A stretch of DNA of 64,000 bases from an uncultured Thermoplasmata archaeon. Its GTDB lineage: Archaea; Thermoplasmatota; Thermoplasmata; UBA10834. The notes under the pieces were generated by a model, which was given only the letters and a program-made list of their open reading frames with translations, was not told the origin of the DNA and did no database searches. The DNA is taken from the NCBI GenBank assembly GCA_963719945.1, contig CAVRDX010000003.1:294173-358172 (forward strand), written 5' to 3'. A program made the translations under genes and the position numbers. This document shows positions 49,855 through 59,956 of the stretch, piece after piece (positions within the stretch are counted from its first letter, which is position 1; each line of letters begins with the position of its first letter).

Positions 49855-51438
49855 CTATTTGAGGACGGTGCGCAGCACCCTCCACCACACGGCCGGGCTG
49901 TACACGCCGGAGTACACCGGCGGCACCTCCCGCCCCGGGTCCGCGCCCAGCAGCGAGTACACCGCCATCATGCCGCAGCGCACCGAGGACTCCACCAGCA
50001 TCACGCACTCCTCGCTCTCGGTGTACTGCCCCATGAAGGCCAGGTTGGTGGAGCCGTCCGGCACCACCCTGGGCCGGTCGCTCCGCTTGCGCGGCAGGAA
50101 GTGCGCCATCTCGTAGGGCATCACCTGCGGGATGCAGGTGGAGGTCTCCAGGATGTGCGGAAGCTCCCTGGTGAACCCGAAGTGGTTGCACACCTCGGTC
50201 AACAGCTCCTCGCCGCTGCACTCGTGCATCTGCTTCTTGACGAAGTCGCCCTGGTTGTAGGGGGTCAGCCCGCAGCCGCCCCACAGGTAGACGTCGTCCG
50301 GCTGGCCGATGAAGTGCGGGTGGTGCGGCACCAGGATGGACATGTGCCAGGCGGAGTCGCGGAAGGTGACCATGTCCGCCTGCCCCGGGGCGTTGCCGGA
50401 GAACCTCTCGTAGAGCGAGAAGAAGGTCGCGTCCGGCGTGGTGACCACGAAGGTCGGCCACATCGACTGGTCTATGCGTTCGCAGAAGACGGAGGGGTTG
50501 CCCAGTCCCGGCCGCTTCTTCGCGATGTTCTCCCACAGCGTCCAGGAGCCGTCCAGCTTCCCGGTCCGAAGCTCCGCCGGCGCGGTCATCGACCCGCGGG
50601 TGGAGTCGGCGGTCATCGACCCGTTGGTGACGAAGACGTATTCGCCCTCCCCGATGGCCAGTTCCTCCTCCTTCCCGTCGCGGGTGAGGTAGACCCGCTC
50701 CACCGTCAGCCGGTCCGGGGAAGGCGCGAAGTCGAGGTCGGTCACCTTGCACCCGGTCTGGAAGTCCACCCCCTGCTCGTTCAGCCAGGCGGTGATGGGC
50801 TTGATGATGGAATCGTTGTTGTGGTAGGGGGTGACCATCTCGCCGGTCCCCTTGACCATCTTGTCCAGGTCGTGCATGAAGCGGCGCAGGTAACGGCGCA
50901 TCTCCGCCAGGTCGTTCCATTGCTCGATGGCGAACATGGAGGAGTAGACCTTCCAGAAGTTGGTCTCGAAGAAGGAGGGTTTGAACCACGAGTCGATGCG
51001 GCGGTTCTCGATGAACCTCTCCGGGGTGAAGATCAGCTGTACCAGCCGGATCCGCTGCGGCCAGTCGAAGCCCATGGTGGTGACCTTGTCGACGTTGCGG
51101 TCCTTGTCGACCAGCCGTCCCTGCACGTCTTTCTTGTGGGCCTGGTTGTACTCGAAGATCTCCTGCCTCACCGTCTTGCCCGGCGCGGTGAGCGAGGGGA
51201 TGGCGGAGAGCACGTCCCACAGGCAGTTGAAGACCTCCCGGTTGACCTTGCGGTCGCCGCGGGTGACGTAGAACTCCTCGGGGGAACCCGAGCCGTCCAT
51301 GGCTCCCCCCAGCACGTCCAGGGTCTCGTAGACGTGGACGTCGGGCCCCGGCACCCCCGCGTCCCGGATGGCGAAGACGGCGGCGGACAGCCCGGCGATC
51401 CCGCCCCCGACGATGTGGACCTGCCTGTCTTCGGACAT
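49855..51438 (-). CDS. Oleate hydratase (MCRA family), divergent
   Basis: GGGIAGLSAA, GGAMDG, LWDVLSAIPSL, FFETNFW, FVTNGSM, NLAFMGQY. Confidence 0.9.
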   Translation of the reverse strand: MSEDRQVHIVGGGIAGLSAAVFAIRDAGVPGPDVHVYETLDVLGGAMDGSGSPEEFYVTRGDRKVNREVFNCLWDVLSAIPSLTAPGKTVRQEIFEYNQAHKKDVQGRLVDKDRNVDKVTTMGFDWPQRIRLVQLIFTPERFIENRRIDSWFKPSFFETNFWKVYSSMFAIEQWNDLAEMRRYLRRFMHDLDKMVKGTGEMVTPYHNNDSIIKPITAWLNEQGVDFQTGCKVTDLDFAPSPDRLTVERVYLTRDGKEEELAIGEGEYVFVTNGSMTADSTRGSMTAPAELRTGKLDGSWTLWENIAKKRPGLGNPSVFCERIDQSMWPTFVVTTPDATFFSLYERFSGNAPGQADMVTFRDSAWHMSILVPHHPHFIGQPDDVYLWGGCGLTPYNQGDFVKKQMHECSGEELLTEVCNHFGFTRELPHILETSTCIPQVMPYEMAHFLPRKRSDRPRVVPDGSTNLAFMGQYTESEECVMLVESSVRCGMMAVYSLLGADPGREVPPVYSGVYSPAVWWRVLRTVLK

Positions 51439-51495
51439 GTCTAAAGCCCCCTTAAGATACTTGAAGCGTGCCCTGTTGCCCTTGGAGTATAATTG

Positions 51496-51531
51496 TACTG
51501 AGGTCGCCGACTTTGGTATATAATATTATAT
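51496..51531. promoter_or_regulatory. Candidate TetR operator(s) in the divergent promoter
   Basis: Imperfect inverted repeat TACTGAGGTCG-C-CGACTTTGGTA and perfect palindrome ATATAATATTATAT (51518-51531). Confidence 0.5.
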
Positions 51532-51548
51532 GTACAACCGGAGGTGAC

Positions 51549-52154
51549 ATGCAAGAGGCGAAGGACGGCAGGCAGGAACGGGGGCAGGCAACCCGGCAGA
51601 AGCTGGTCGACGCGGCCATCGAGCTCTTCGAGAAGAAGGGGTACAACGGCGTGACCGTGGACGACATCTGCCGCAAGGCCGGGGTGTCCAAGGGGGCCTT
51701 CTACGGCCACTTCGAGTCCAAGGACCAGGCCCTGCTGGAGGAGTACCTCAAGGTGGACGAGTTCTACAGGGAGATGCTCCCCCGCGTGCTCGAGGAGAAG
51801 ACCTTCGTCGACAGGGGAACAGCCTACGTCCGGCTGGCCCTGCGCTACATCGCCGGGCAGGGGAAGATGGTCATCAAGGTGGCCTACTCGTCGCAGATCG
51901 CCCCGGGCAGGAAGGAGTCCCCCATCGCCTCGACGGACCGGGCTCTCTACACCATCGCCGAGGCCATGGCGCGGGAGGCGCTGGAGTCCGGGGAGCTCCG
52001 CCGGGACCTGGACCCGGGCGAGGTGGCGCGGATGATCATCCGCTCCGTCCGGGGCCTGGTATACGACTGGTGCCTGCAGGACGGCCGGTTCGACCTGGAG
52101 GAGGCCGGCGAGACGCTGGCCACGGTGCTGGCGGAGGGCCTGCGCCCCCGCTGA
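51549..52154 (+). CDS. TetR/AcrR family regulator
   Basis: TRQKLVDAAIELF, TVDDICRKAGVSKGAFYGHFESK; SD GGAGG. Confidence 0.93.
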   Translation: MQEAKDGRQERGQATRQKLVDAAIELFEKKGYNGVTVDDICRKAGVSKGAFYGHFESKDQALLEEYLKVDEFYREMLPRVLEEKTFVDRGTAYVRLALRYIAGQGKMVIKVAYSSQIAPGRKESPIASTDRALYTIAEAMAREALESGELRRDLDPGEVARMIIRSVRGLVYDWCLQDGRFDLEEAGETLATVLAEGLRPR

Positions 52155-52168
52155 ATAAAAGCGATTTC

Positions 52169-52321
52169 TTTGGCCGCGCGGTCCCGGGGTTCACACCCCG
52201 GATGTTGCTCGTCCGGGTACACCCCGGGCTACGTTGGTCTGGCACGCACGTTGCGGTCCCGGGGTTTACACCCCGGGCTACTGTTTGGCCGCGCGGTCCC
52301 GGGGTTTACACCCCGGGCTAC
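52169..52321 (-). repeat. Cluster of about four GTAG-type REP palindromes
   Basis: Unit (minus strand) GTAGCCCGGGGTGTAAACCCCGGGACCGC; two full copies and two degenerate ones between convergent genes. Confidence 0.8.
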
Positions 52322-52836
52322 AGGCCGAGGTCGCGCAGGGAGTGGAGCGCCTCCGCGCACCCTTCCTCCCTGAGCGGCGGGCAGTCCTCCGGGCGCGCCT
52401 TCCCCTTGGACAGGTCGGAGGCGAAGGCCATGCAGGCTGGCACCCCGCACTCCCCGCAGTTGGTGCGGGGCAGCAGCTTGAATATCTCCAGCACCTTGGG
52501 GCGCTCCCAGGTGGCGTAGCTGGGCTCCAGGGCGTCCCGGTTCTCCCAGATGCCGTTGATGCGCTCGACTATCTCGCGGGCTTCCCTTTCCGCCTCTTCC
52601 CTGTCGGCCAGGTTGCTGATGGAGATCTCGCGGGACCGCAGCGCGTACTTGCGGCCCCTCTCTCTCCACACCAGCACCGGCAGGTCGGGCAGGAACTCCC
52701 CCTTCTCGACGGTGGCGTTGACGTAGGGCAGCACCTCGCCGATGTCCGCGTCGAGGCTGAGCTTCGCCAGGTACAGCGGCGATGACAGGTCGCAGGCCGG
52801 CGTGGACAGGGCCATCTCGTAATCCTCTATCAACAT
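52318..52836 (-). CDS. Fe-S cluster domain protein
   Basis: LLPRTNCGECGVPACMAFA..CP motif; LPYVNA. Confidence 0.85.
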   Translation of the reverse strand: MLIEDYEMALSTPACDLSSPLYLAKLSLDADIGEVLPYVNATVEKGEFLPDLPVLVWRERGRKYALRSREISISNLADREEAEREAREIVERINGIWENRDALEPSYATWERPKVLEIFKLLPRTNCGECGVPACMAFASDLSKGKARPEDCPPLREEGCAEALHSLRDLGL

Positions 52837-52922
52837 ATGCTGTCTCTCCTTGAATTGCGCTATTATACTTAGTATAGCAACCGGCAGGATCCGTTACACG
52901 CTGACCGCAGGGGGGAAACGGG

Positions 52923-54014
52923 ATGAACGAGATCGACAGGTGCGAGGGATGCGGCGTGCCCGCCGCCATCGGCACCGGCTTTCGCTGGGAGAACAACGGG
53001 GTCATCTCCATCGCCCCCTTCCGGGGCAACCGGGTCGTCTTCTACGAATCGGAGACCATCGACCATCTCTTCCTGGGCATCCAGGAACTCATCGGCCTGC
53101 CCATCGAGCACGTCGTCATCGAGAGCAAGCGCCGGGAGACCCGGGGCTACGTGGAGAAGCTCTTACCTACGGGCGACCGGGACGAGATGCTCTCCATCGA
53201 CGGCGGCATGGAGGAGTTCCTCGAGCGGGTCAGGCAGTTCAACGCGCAGATGGAACTGACAGGCCGTATCTACGGGTACGGGGACGTCGACATGACCGAC
53301 ACCTGGGACGCCGCCGAGGCCTACCCCTGGCGCGTCCAGAGGGTCCGCCACCCCTACTCGGTCTCCTTCAATACCGCCGACACCCTGGCGACGGTGGAGG
53401 CCCTGGAGGGGAGGGACCTGTGGGTGGACCGCCGCGACCTCGGCGGCGGCGGCTACGAGGTCCGGGTGGAGGAGGGCGCCCACCCCGTCGAGCTGAAGGA
53501 GCGGCTGCAGCACAAGCGCTACGGGTTCAAGCCGGGCATCGTCACCTTCGAGCGCTGCCCCTCCTGCGGCGTCCCCGCGGACGTGGGGCGCTGCCATTGG
53601 GACCTGGAGGCCGGTACCATCATCGACCCGGTGACAGGCCGCCGGATGGCCTTCTTCGGGTCCGGGGCCATGGACGCGGTCCTCGAGGACCTGGCCGCCG
53701 AGCTGGGGGACGAGCTGCCGCACCTGGCCGTGGAGGCGCAGCGCCGCTTCGTCAGGTCCTACATGGGCGCGGAGGACTGGAAACGCTCAGGCTTCGAATT
53801 CAAGCACATGGTGGCCCTGCGCGGCCTGGGTGACATGACCAGGTTCAAGGCGAAAGGCCGCAGCACCCTCCTGACCATCAACAATTCATGCCTGCACCTT
53901 CCCATGGTGGGCTTCGTCCAGGCCCTGGTGGAAACAGCCGTGGGCGTCGACGGGTCCGAGGTCGAGTGGGACATCGACGCCGAGGGCGTCCTCGCCGTGG
54001 AGATCAGGGTGTGA
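52923..54014 (+). CDS. Hypothetical protein with two CxxCGVP zinc-knuckle / V4R-like halves
   Basis: RCEGCGVP..W..G and RCPSCGVP..W..G; GYG and RGLG motifs. Confidence 0.75.
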   Translation: MNEIDRCEGCGVPAAIGTGFRWENNGVISIAPFRGNRVVFYESETIDHLFLGIQELIGLPIEHVVIESKRRETRGYVEKLLPTGDRDEMLSIDGGMEEFLERVRQFNAQMELTGRIYGYGDVDMTDTWDAAEAYPWRVQRVRHPYSVSFNTADTLATVEALEGRDLWVDRRDLGGGGYEVRVEEGAHPVELKERLQHKRYGFKPGIVTFERCPSCGVPADVGRCHWDLEAGTIIDPVTGRRMAFFGSGAMDAVLEDLAAELGDELPHLAVEAQRRFVRSYMGAEDWKRSGFEFKHMVALRGLGDMTRFKAKGRSTLLTINNSCLHLPMVGFVQALVETAVGVDGSEVEWDIDAEGVLAVEIRV

Positions 54015-54744
54015 CTTCCTCCGGGGCCCCCTCCCCCTCGCGGCCCTGGTTCCACAGGTAGAGGAAGTAGGCGCTGGCCACGCCGGTCCACACCACCCAG
54101 GAAGCCGCCACCGCGTGTATCCCTATCCAGCCGTTGCCGACGTTGAGCGGCCCGGTGAGGGAGAACGCCCCCAGGATGGGAGTGAGCGAGCCCACCGCGC
54201 AGACCACCGTGAACCAGGTCAGCCAGGGGGGCAGGAACCTGGTGCGGAACCCCAGGATGGCCACGGGCACCAGGAAGAGCGGCCCGAATACGGCGGTGGT
54301 CACCCCGGTCAGCAGCGAGGCTGTATGCATCAGGTAGATGGTGTTGGGGTCGATGCCCTTTTCGATGAGCATGGCCGGCGCCAGCACGAAGGCCAGCCCG
54401 GCCGAGAAGACCGTGGTGAAGGCGATGCCGCCGATGAGGCTGATGTAGGTGAGGTGGCCCGGGCCCTCCGCCGCGCGCATGCGGGCGCACAGCACGCCCA
54501 GGAACCAGAAGGCGAAGAAGAACCCCAGGGTCACCAGGACGCATCCCACTCCCGCGTCCACCGCGCCACGGCTCTGGTAGAAGCGGTAGACCTCGTCGGC
54601 CGAGCCCAGGCCGGGGAAGCCCTGCATCCCGAAGATGTATCCGGTGGCCATGAGCAGCAGCAGTATCAACCCGCTGCCGGCGTCGAACCAGTTCATGCAG
54701 GGATAGCGGATCGATGAAGCGTCTTCCATGCGCGTGCCTCCCAT
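54004..54744 (-). CDS. Multi-pass membrane protein
   Basis: About 6 TM; FFAFWFLGVL, LPPWLTW. Confidence 0.7.
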   Translation of the reverse strand: MGGTRMEDASSIRYPCMNWFDAGSGLILLLLMATGYIFGMQGFPGLGSADEVYRFYQSRGAVDAGVGCVLVTLGFFFAFWFLGVLCARMRAAEGPGHLTYISLIGGIAFTTVFSAGLAFVLAPAMLIEKGIDPNTIYLMHTASLLTGVTTAVFGPLFLVPVAILGFRTRFLPPWLTWFTVVCAVGSLTPILGAFSLTGPLNVGNGWIGIHAVAASWVVWTGVASAYFLYLWNQGREGEGAPEEVTP

Positions 54745-54848
54745 CAGTTTCGGGAACTCTCCCTCCAGGCTCTTATTCGCAGGCCCCGGGCCTCATCCCT
54801 TCAAAGCTAAGTTAATCATTCCTGGTTGTCGATAACTTAAATGAGGGA

Positions 54849-56030
54849 ATGGACAAAAGAGAGGTGGTTGCCGTGAAGAAGGCAGGAGCTGTTCTGACGG
54901 GTTTGGGTATTGTCGTACTGGCGGCCACCGTCCTCTGGATGACCGTCGGGCTGAATTGGGCCATGAAGATCCCCGACGGGCTGGACGAGACCCAGGAGTA
55001 CACCGGGGATATAGTCTTCTACGTCGACCTTGCGACCGGGGTGACCTATCCGGCGGGCCAGGAGGTCAAGGAGCCTTTCGAGGTCACCCGCAGGATCTAT
55101 ACGCTGGATGAGGAGACCACCGGTAACTCCGTCGCCTTCCAGGAGGATATAACCAAGACGTTCGGCGCAGTCGAGAGCGCGACGTCATCTGTCTACGTGC
55201 TCGACCGGAGCAACGCGCTCAACCTGGCCGACGAAATGGCTTACGACTGGCAGGAGGCCAACGTGGTCGACAGGTCCGGGACCTACTTCCCCCTGTTCCC
55301 CAGTTCGGTGGATAAGAACGTCACCTACCCCGTCTGGAAGACCGAGTTGGGCAGGGCCGGCGACGCCGTCTTCGTCGAGGAGGAGACGGTGGAGGGCGTG
55401 AAGCTCTACGCCTTCAAGGGAACCATGGAGAACGAGCCGGTGGTGGCGAACTACGCCGCGATGAACGGCTTCCCCGAGAGTATCCCCTACTCGGCCATCG
55501 CCGGGAAGTTAGTGGCGGCGGGCTTTGACAACGACACCTTCACCGCCCTGGCGATGACCAGGCTGAGCCCGGAAGACCAGCAGGAACTGGTCCGGGTCAC
55601 CCAGCAGCCCATCCCCCTCGACTACTTCTGGGGTGGGGTGATGATCGTCGGCATCGAGCCATTGACGGGTTTCCCCATGTACGTCAAGGAGACGACCGAG
55701 GAGTTGAGCATGAACGCCAACCTCTCCGGGCTGGTCCCGCTGTTCAACACCCTGATGAAGTACCGGGAAGACGAGGTCCTGGGGCCTTACATCAAGCAAC
55801 TCGCCACCATCCAGGTCCAGCTGGCCGCGGCCGAGCCGCAGAAGATATTCTCCTACTCCTACCGGCAGACCGATGAGTCCATAGCCAGGGAAGCCGAGAC
55901 GGCCAGGAGCAACCTGGACAAGATCAAGCTGGCCAAGACCTACATGCCCATCGCCGGGTTCACGCTGGGCGGGCTGCTGCTGGCCGCCGGCATGGTCATG
56001 CTCGCGCGGAAGAAGAAGCCCGCCGCCTGA
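54849..56030 (+). CDS. DUF3068/PorA-like membrane-anchored protein
   Basis: N- and C-terminal TM helices; YVLDRS, FP, Y..W, GVKLYAF, IEPLTG. Confidence 0.7.
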   Translation: MDKREVVAVKKAGAVLTGLGIVVLAATVLWMTVGLNWAMKIPDGLDETQEYTGDIVFYVDLATGVTYPAGQEVKEPFEVTRRIYTLDEETTGNSVAFQEDITKTFGAVESATSSVYVLDRSNALNLADEMAYDWQEANVVDRSGTYFPLFPSSVDKNVTYPVWKTELGRAGDAVFVEEETVEGVKLYAFKGTMENEPVVANYAAMNGFPESIPYSAIAGKLVAAGFDNDTFTALAMTRLSPEDQQELVRVTQQPIPLDYFWGGVMIVGIEPLTGFPMYVKETTEELSMNANLSGLVPLFNTLMKYREDEVLGPYIKQLATIQVQLAAAEPQKIFSYSYRQTDESIAREAETARSNLDKIKLAKTYMPIAGFTLGGLLLAAGMVMLARKKKPAA

Positions 56031-56034
56031 CGGG

Positions 56035-57279
56035 TCAGTCCTCGAACAGCGCCGCGAGGTCCACGGGGGTCCACTCCTGGAAGCCGGGGACGCGCACCCA
56101 CATCTCGAAGGTGGAAGGGACCACCACCACCTGGTAGCAGGTGACGAAGCGCGAGCCCCCCAGCAGCGGGCCGCCCTGGTCCAGCGGGGTGGCCATCATC
56201 TCCATCATCACCTCGGGGGTGACGGACCCCTTGTTCTTATCCGCCAGCGCCAGCAGGTTGGCGCGGCGCTCCAGGGTGTAGCCGTAGCGCGGGCCCTCGC
56301 CCACCGGCTGTATCCCGGCCACGCCCTCCCAGGCCGGGTCGACGAAGTTGTTGGTGGCCACCAGCAGGCCGTCGGCGTCCGGCCCGCGGCGCTTGACGCC
56401 GAAGTTGGGCCACTCGTAGGAAGCGGCGTCGTTGCCGCAGGCCGCGTTGACGATGAAGGCCATGTCGGTGTTGGTGCTCTCGAAAGCGTAGTCGAGGGCG
56501 GAAAGGGAGGTCCGCTGGTCGATCATGGAGAAGGTGGACGAGCACCCGAACTCGCGCGAGGGGTCCTCGGTATCGCCGCCCGAGAACTCGCCGTTGTTCA
56601 CCTCAAGGAAGAGGCCCTCGCTGTTCAGGGCGGTGGTGGCGTTGAAGATGCCCGCGTAGGCGGCGCAGGCGAAGTCGAAGTCCGACCCCGCCGGCTCGTA
56701 GACCGTCACCACCATGGTGTCGGCGAACTTCGGCGCGTAGTCGTAGTTGCGGCCGAACACCAGCGGCTGCCCCGAGGTGTAGGGCCCCCAGGCGGCGCAG
56801 CCCGAGCAGCCGGAGGCGTACGCGGTGGCCGGGGTGTAGAACTCGACGGCGTTGAGCATCATCTGTTTCTCCAGGCCCAGCCCGGAAGTCTCGGCCGCCC
56901 CGGCGATGAGGTCCTGCAGGTCGCGCGGGGAACTGTCGTACATCCACTTGCCTATCTGGAGCATGCCCTCGTAGGAGACCCCGGGCAGCTTGCCGAAGTC
57001 CGCGCTCATCTCGCCGTACATCTGGTTGAGCTCGTCGGCCAGCAGGCCGCCGTATTCCATGCCCATCTGCCGGAAGGTGCCGGCCAGGTGCAGAACCGGC
57101 ACCTTGCCGGCCAGGTACAGCGTGCCCTCCGCCTCCGGCCGGGTCCCGTCCGCCGGCGCCGCGTACGACTTCTGGAACGCCAGGCCGGCGGGGCTCGCCT
57201 TCTCCCCTGACCCGCAGCCGGCCAGCGAGCCCGCCAGGACGAGTGTCGCCAGGAGCAAGCTGACGGTGGTCTTCTTCAT
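56035..57279 (-). CDS. C45-family Ntn-hydrolase / acyltransferase lipoprotein
   Basis: Lipobox LAGC; QMGMEYG; GCSG nucleophile; FGRNYDY; ATNNF. Confidence 0.8.
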   Translation of the reverse strand: MKKTTVSLLLATLVLAGSLAGCGSGEKASPAGLAFQKSYAAPADGTRPEAEGTLYLAGKVPVLHLAGTFRQMGMEYGGLLADELNQMYGEMSADFGKLPGVSYEGMLQIGKWMYDSSPRDLQDLIAGAAETSGLGLEKQMMLNAVEFYTPATAYASGCSGCAAWGPYTSGQPLVFGRNYDYAPKFADTMVVTVYEPAGSDFDFACAAYAGIFNATTALNSEGLFLEVNNGEFSGGDTEDPSREFGCSSTFSMIDQRTSLSALDYAFESTNTDMAFIVNAACGNDAASYEWPNFGVKRRGPDADGLLVATNNFVDPAWEGVAGIQPVGEGPRYGYTLERRANLLALADKNKGSVTPEVMMEMMATPLDQGGPLLGGSRFVTCYQVVVVPSTFEMWVRVPGFQEWTPVDLAALFED

Positions 57280-57363
57280 CTATCCTCCACTCCTTCCAGT
57301 GACGTTCTAACGGTCATCAATGCTAGAATATCATAGGAAATCGGAAGAAAGGCCGCGGATGCC

Positions 57364-59068
57364 ATGAACGCGCTCAAGAAATACCTGCCCATCACCGGAT
57401 GGATCCCCTCCTACCAGCTCGGCTGGCTGCGCTTCGACATCATCGCCGGGCTGACCCTGTGGGGCATCCTGGTGCCCGAGGCCATCGCCTACGCCGGGAT
57501 GGCGGGGGCGCCGGCCCAGGCCGGGCTGTACGCGCTGATCTTCTCCCTGCCCCTCTTCGCCATCTTCGGCACCAGCCGCCAGCTGGCGGTGGCCGCCACC
57601 TCCTCCACCTCCATCATGATCGCCGCGGTCATCGCGCCGGTCATGGGGGACAACCCCGACCAGTATCCCGCCATGCTGGCCGCGCTGGTCGTCTCGGTGG
57701 GGGCCATCTTCCTCCTGGCGGGGTTGCTGCGGCTGGGGTTCATCTCGTCCTTCCTGTCCGAGCCGGTGATGACCGGGTTCGTCTTCGGGCTGGCCATCTA
57801 CATCGCCGTCCACCAGCTGCCCAAGCTCTTCGGCGTCTCCAAGGGCGAGGGCGACACCCTGCAGCAGCTCTGGCACATCGTCACCGAGCTGGGCAACGCC
57901 AACTGGTACGCCTTCGCCGTCGGCGGCGGGCGCCATAGTGCTGCTGTTCCTGCTGCACCGCTTCGCGCCGCGCGTCCCCGGCGCCCTGGTGGCGCTGGTG
58001 CTGGGCATCCTGGCCGTCACCATCTTCGACCTCGCCACCAACCACAGCGTGGCCATCGTGGGCAAGGTCGACGGGGGGCTGCCCTCCTTCGTCGTCCCGG
58101 ACGTCAGCTGGCAGCAGTTCATGGAGCTGCTGTCGGGGGCCTTCGGCATCGCCCTGGTGGCCCTGGCGGAATCGCTGGGGGCGGCCCGCACCTTCGCCGA
58201 CAAGTACGGCTACGAGCATCGACGTCAACCAGGAGATGATCGCCATCGGGGCCGGGCAACGTCGCTTCCGGGTTCTTCGGCGGCCTGGTGGTGGGAGGGA
58301 GCATGTCCTCCAGCACCGTCAACGACCAGGCCGGCGCCAGGACCCAGGCCTCCTCCCTGGTGGCCGCGGCCATGGGGCTGGTCACCCTGCTGGTGCTGAT
58401 GCCCCTCTTCAAGAACCTGCCCGAGGCGGTGCTGGGCGCCATCGTCATCCACGCCGTCATGCACCTGATGAAGGTGAAGGAGCTGCGGCGCATCTACCGG
58501 CTTCGGCGCTTCGAGTTCGCCCTGGCCATGGTGGCCCTGGTCGGGGTGGTGGCCCTGGAGATCCTGCCGGGGCTGCTGCTCGCGGTGGTGCTCTCACTGG
58601 TGCTGCTGATCTGGAAGGCCAGCCTCCCCGTCGGAACGGCCCTGGGCCGGGTGCCCGGCGAACCCGGCGCCTACTCGAGCATCGAGAGGCACCCCGGCAA
58701 CCAGCCGGTGGAGGGCCTGACCATCTTCCGCTTCGACGTCCCCCTCTTCTTCGCCAACGCGTCCCAGCTGCACGACCGGCTGGGCGAGTTGATGAAGGCC
58801 GACCCGCCGCCGCAGGCGCTCCTCATCGACCTGCAGTCCTCCACCCTGCTCGACGTGTCCTCGACGGACATGCTCTCCAAGCTGGTCACCGAGGCCCAGG
58901 CCAGGAACGTCACCATCATGTTCTGCGAGGTCATCGAGGCGGTGCGGCAGAGCTTCGAGAAGGCGGGGATTGCGGAGAAGCTGGGCGAGGGCCGCATCTT
59001 CCGCACCGTCGACGAAGGCGTCCAGGCCTACCTGGAGGCGAAGGGCAAGCCGGGAGCGGAAGGCCTAG
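57364..59068 (+). CDS. SulP family anion transporter with STAS domain; several frameshifts (last frame as sequenced runs to 59229)
   Basis: DIIAGLT, PEAIAYA, GLYA, FGTSRQL, RLGFI, FLSEPV, QLPKLFG; STAS FRFDVPLFFAN. Confidence 0.88.
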
Positions 59069-59783
59069 GCTGCAGCTTCGGGCTGCGCCGGCTGCTCCGG
59101 CTGCTTGCGGAAGGTAGCCACCAGCATGAACACGGAGAGCAACAGCACCCAGGCGGGGAAGAGCAGGCTCGCCCATTCCAGCAGGCTGGTCAGGAAGAGC
59201 AGCACCAGCGCCACGGCGATAACCGATGAACGGGATGAAGCGCGGCATGACCCTGGTCTTCAGGAAGATGGTGGAGGAGGAGATGGTGAAGACCGCCCCC
59301 ATCTTCATGCCGTACACGGTTATCAGGCCCATGGCGGCGTCGCGCCCCAGGTTCCAGGTGTTGAGGTTGGCGGAGGCCTCGGCGGCGCTTCTGAAGCTGT
59401 TGAGCATGCCGATGCCGATGGCCCCGGAAGCGAAGAGCATGGCCACGTAGATCAGCCCGCTGCCCAGGAAGACCGTGGCCAGGAAGCGGTCCTCCAGCTC
59501 CCCGATGCGGTCGCGGATGACCCCGATCAGCCACAGGAAGGCGATGCCGGCGAAGGGGACCAGGTTGAGGGCGAAGACTATCCACCCCCTGGTGCTGCTC
59601 TCGTCCAGCCAGCGGCCCGCGTCGGCGGGGTCGGTGGGCATGGAGAGCTTGATGATGATGGTGGTCACGATTATCAGGACCGCGTAGATGATCCCGGCGA
59701 TGGCGGCCGCGCGCGGCGTCTTCAGGCCGCCGGGCGTCACCTCCTTCTTCCTTCCTTCCCTTCTCTGTTCGCAAAGCCGCCAT
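59065..59783 (-). CDS. Membrane protein, frameshifted (near 59220; start uncertain)
   Basis: TPRAAAIAG, LVPFAGIAFLWLIGVIRDRIG, EDRFLATVFLGSGL. Confidence 0.75.
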
Positions 59784-59830
59784 TTCTTACCTCCTTTCGT
59801 CATAGCATCATTCAAGGCGCATGCGGCCGA

Positions 59831-59950
59831 CTCCTTTGGGGTCAGGTCTCTAATCTTGAATTTCCATCCAGATATTGGTAACCGCCGGACGCTCCCCTGT
59901 TTCCAGATACTGGGTTAAAATTCAAGATTAGAGATCTGACCCAGAAGGAG
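59831..59950. repeat. About 120-bp inverted-repeat element (REP/MITE-like)
   Basis: GGGTCAGGTCTCTAATCTTGAATTT versus AAATTCAAGATTAGAGATCTGACCC (24/25 complementary), extended by CTCCTT/AAGGAG. Confidence 0.8.
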
Positions 59951-59956
59951 GAGCTG

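Noticed and set aside
49763-51444. Long alternative-frame and antisense ORFs (485 aa, 447 aa) and similar ones across 41-64 kb
   Set aside because: Shadow ORFs caused by high GC at third codon positions; Arg/Gly/Pro-rich with no motifs, overlapping well-supported genes.
52169-52321. Possible mini CRISPR array
   Set aside because: Spacers are very short and irregular, the units are GTAG palindromes typical of REPs, and no cas genes are present.
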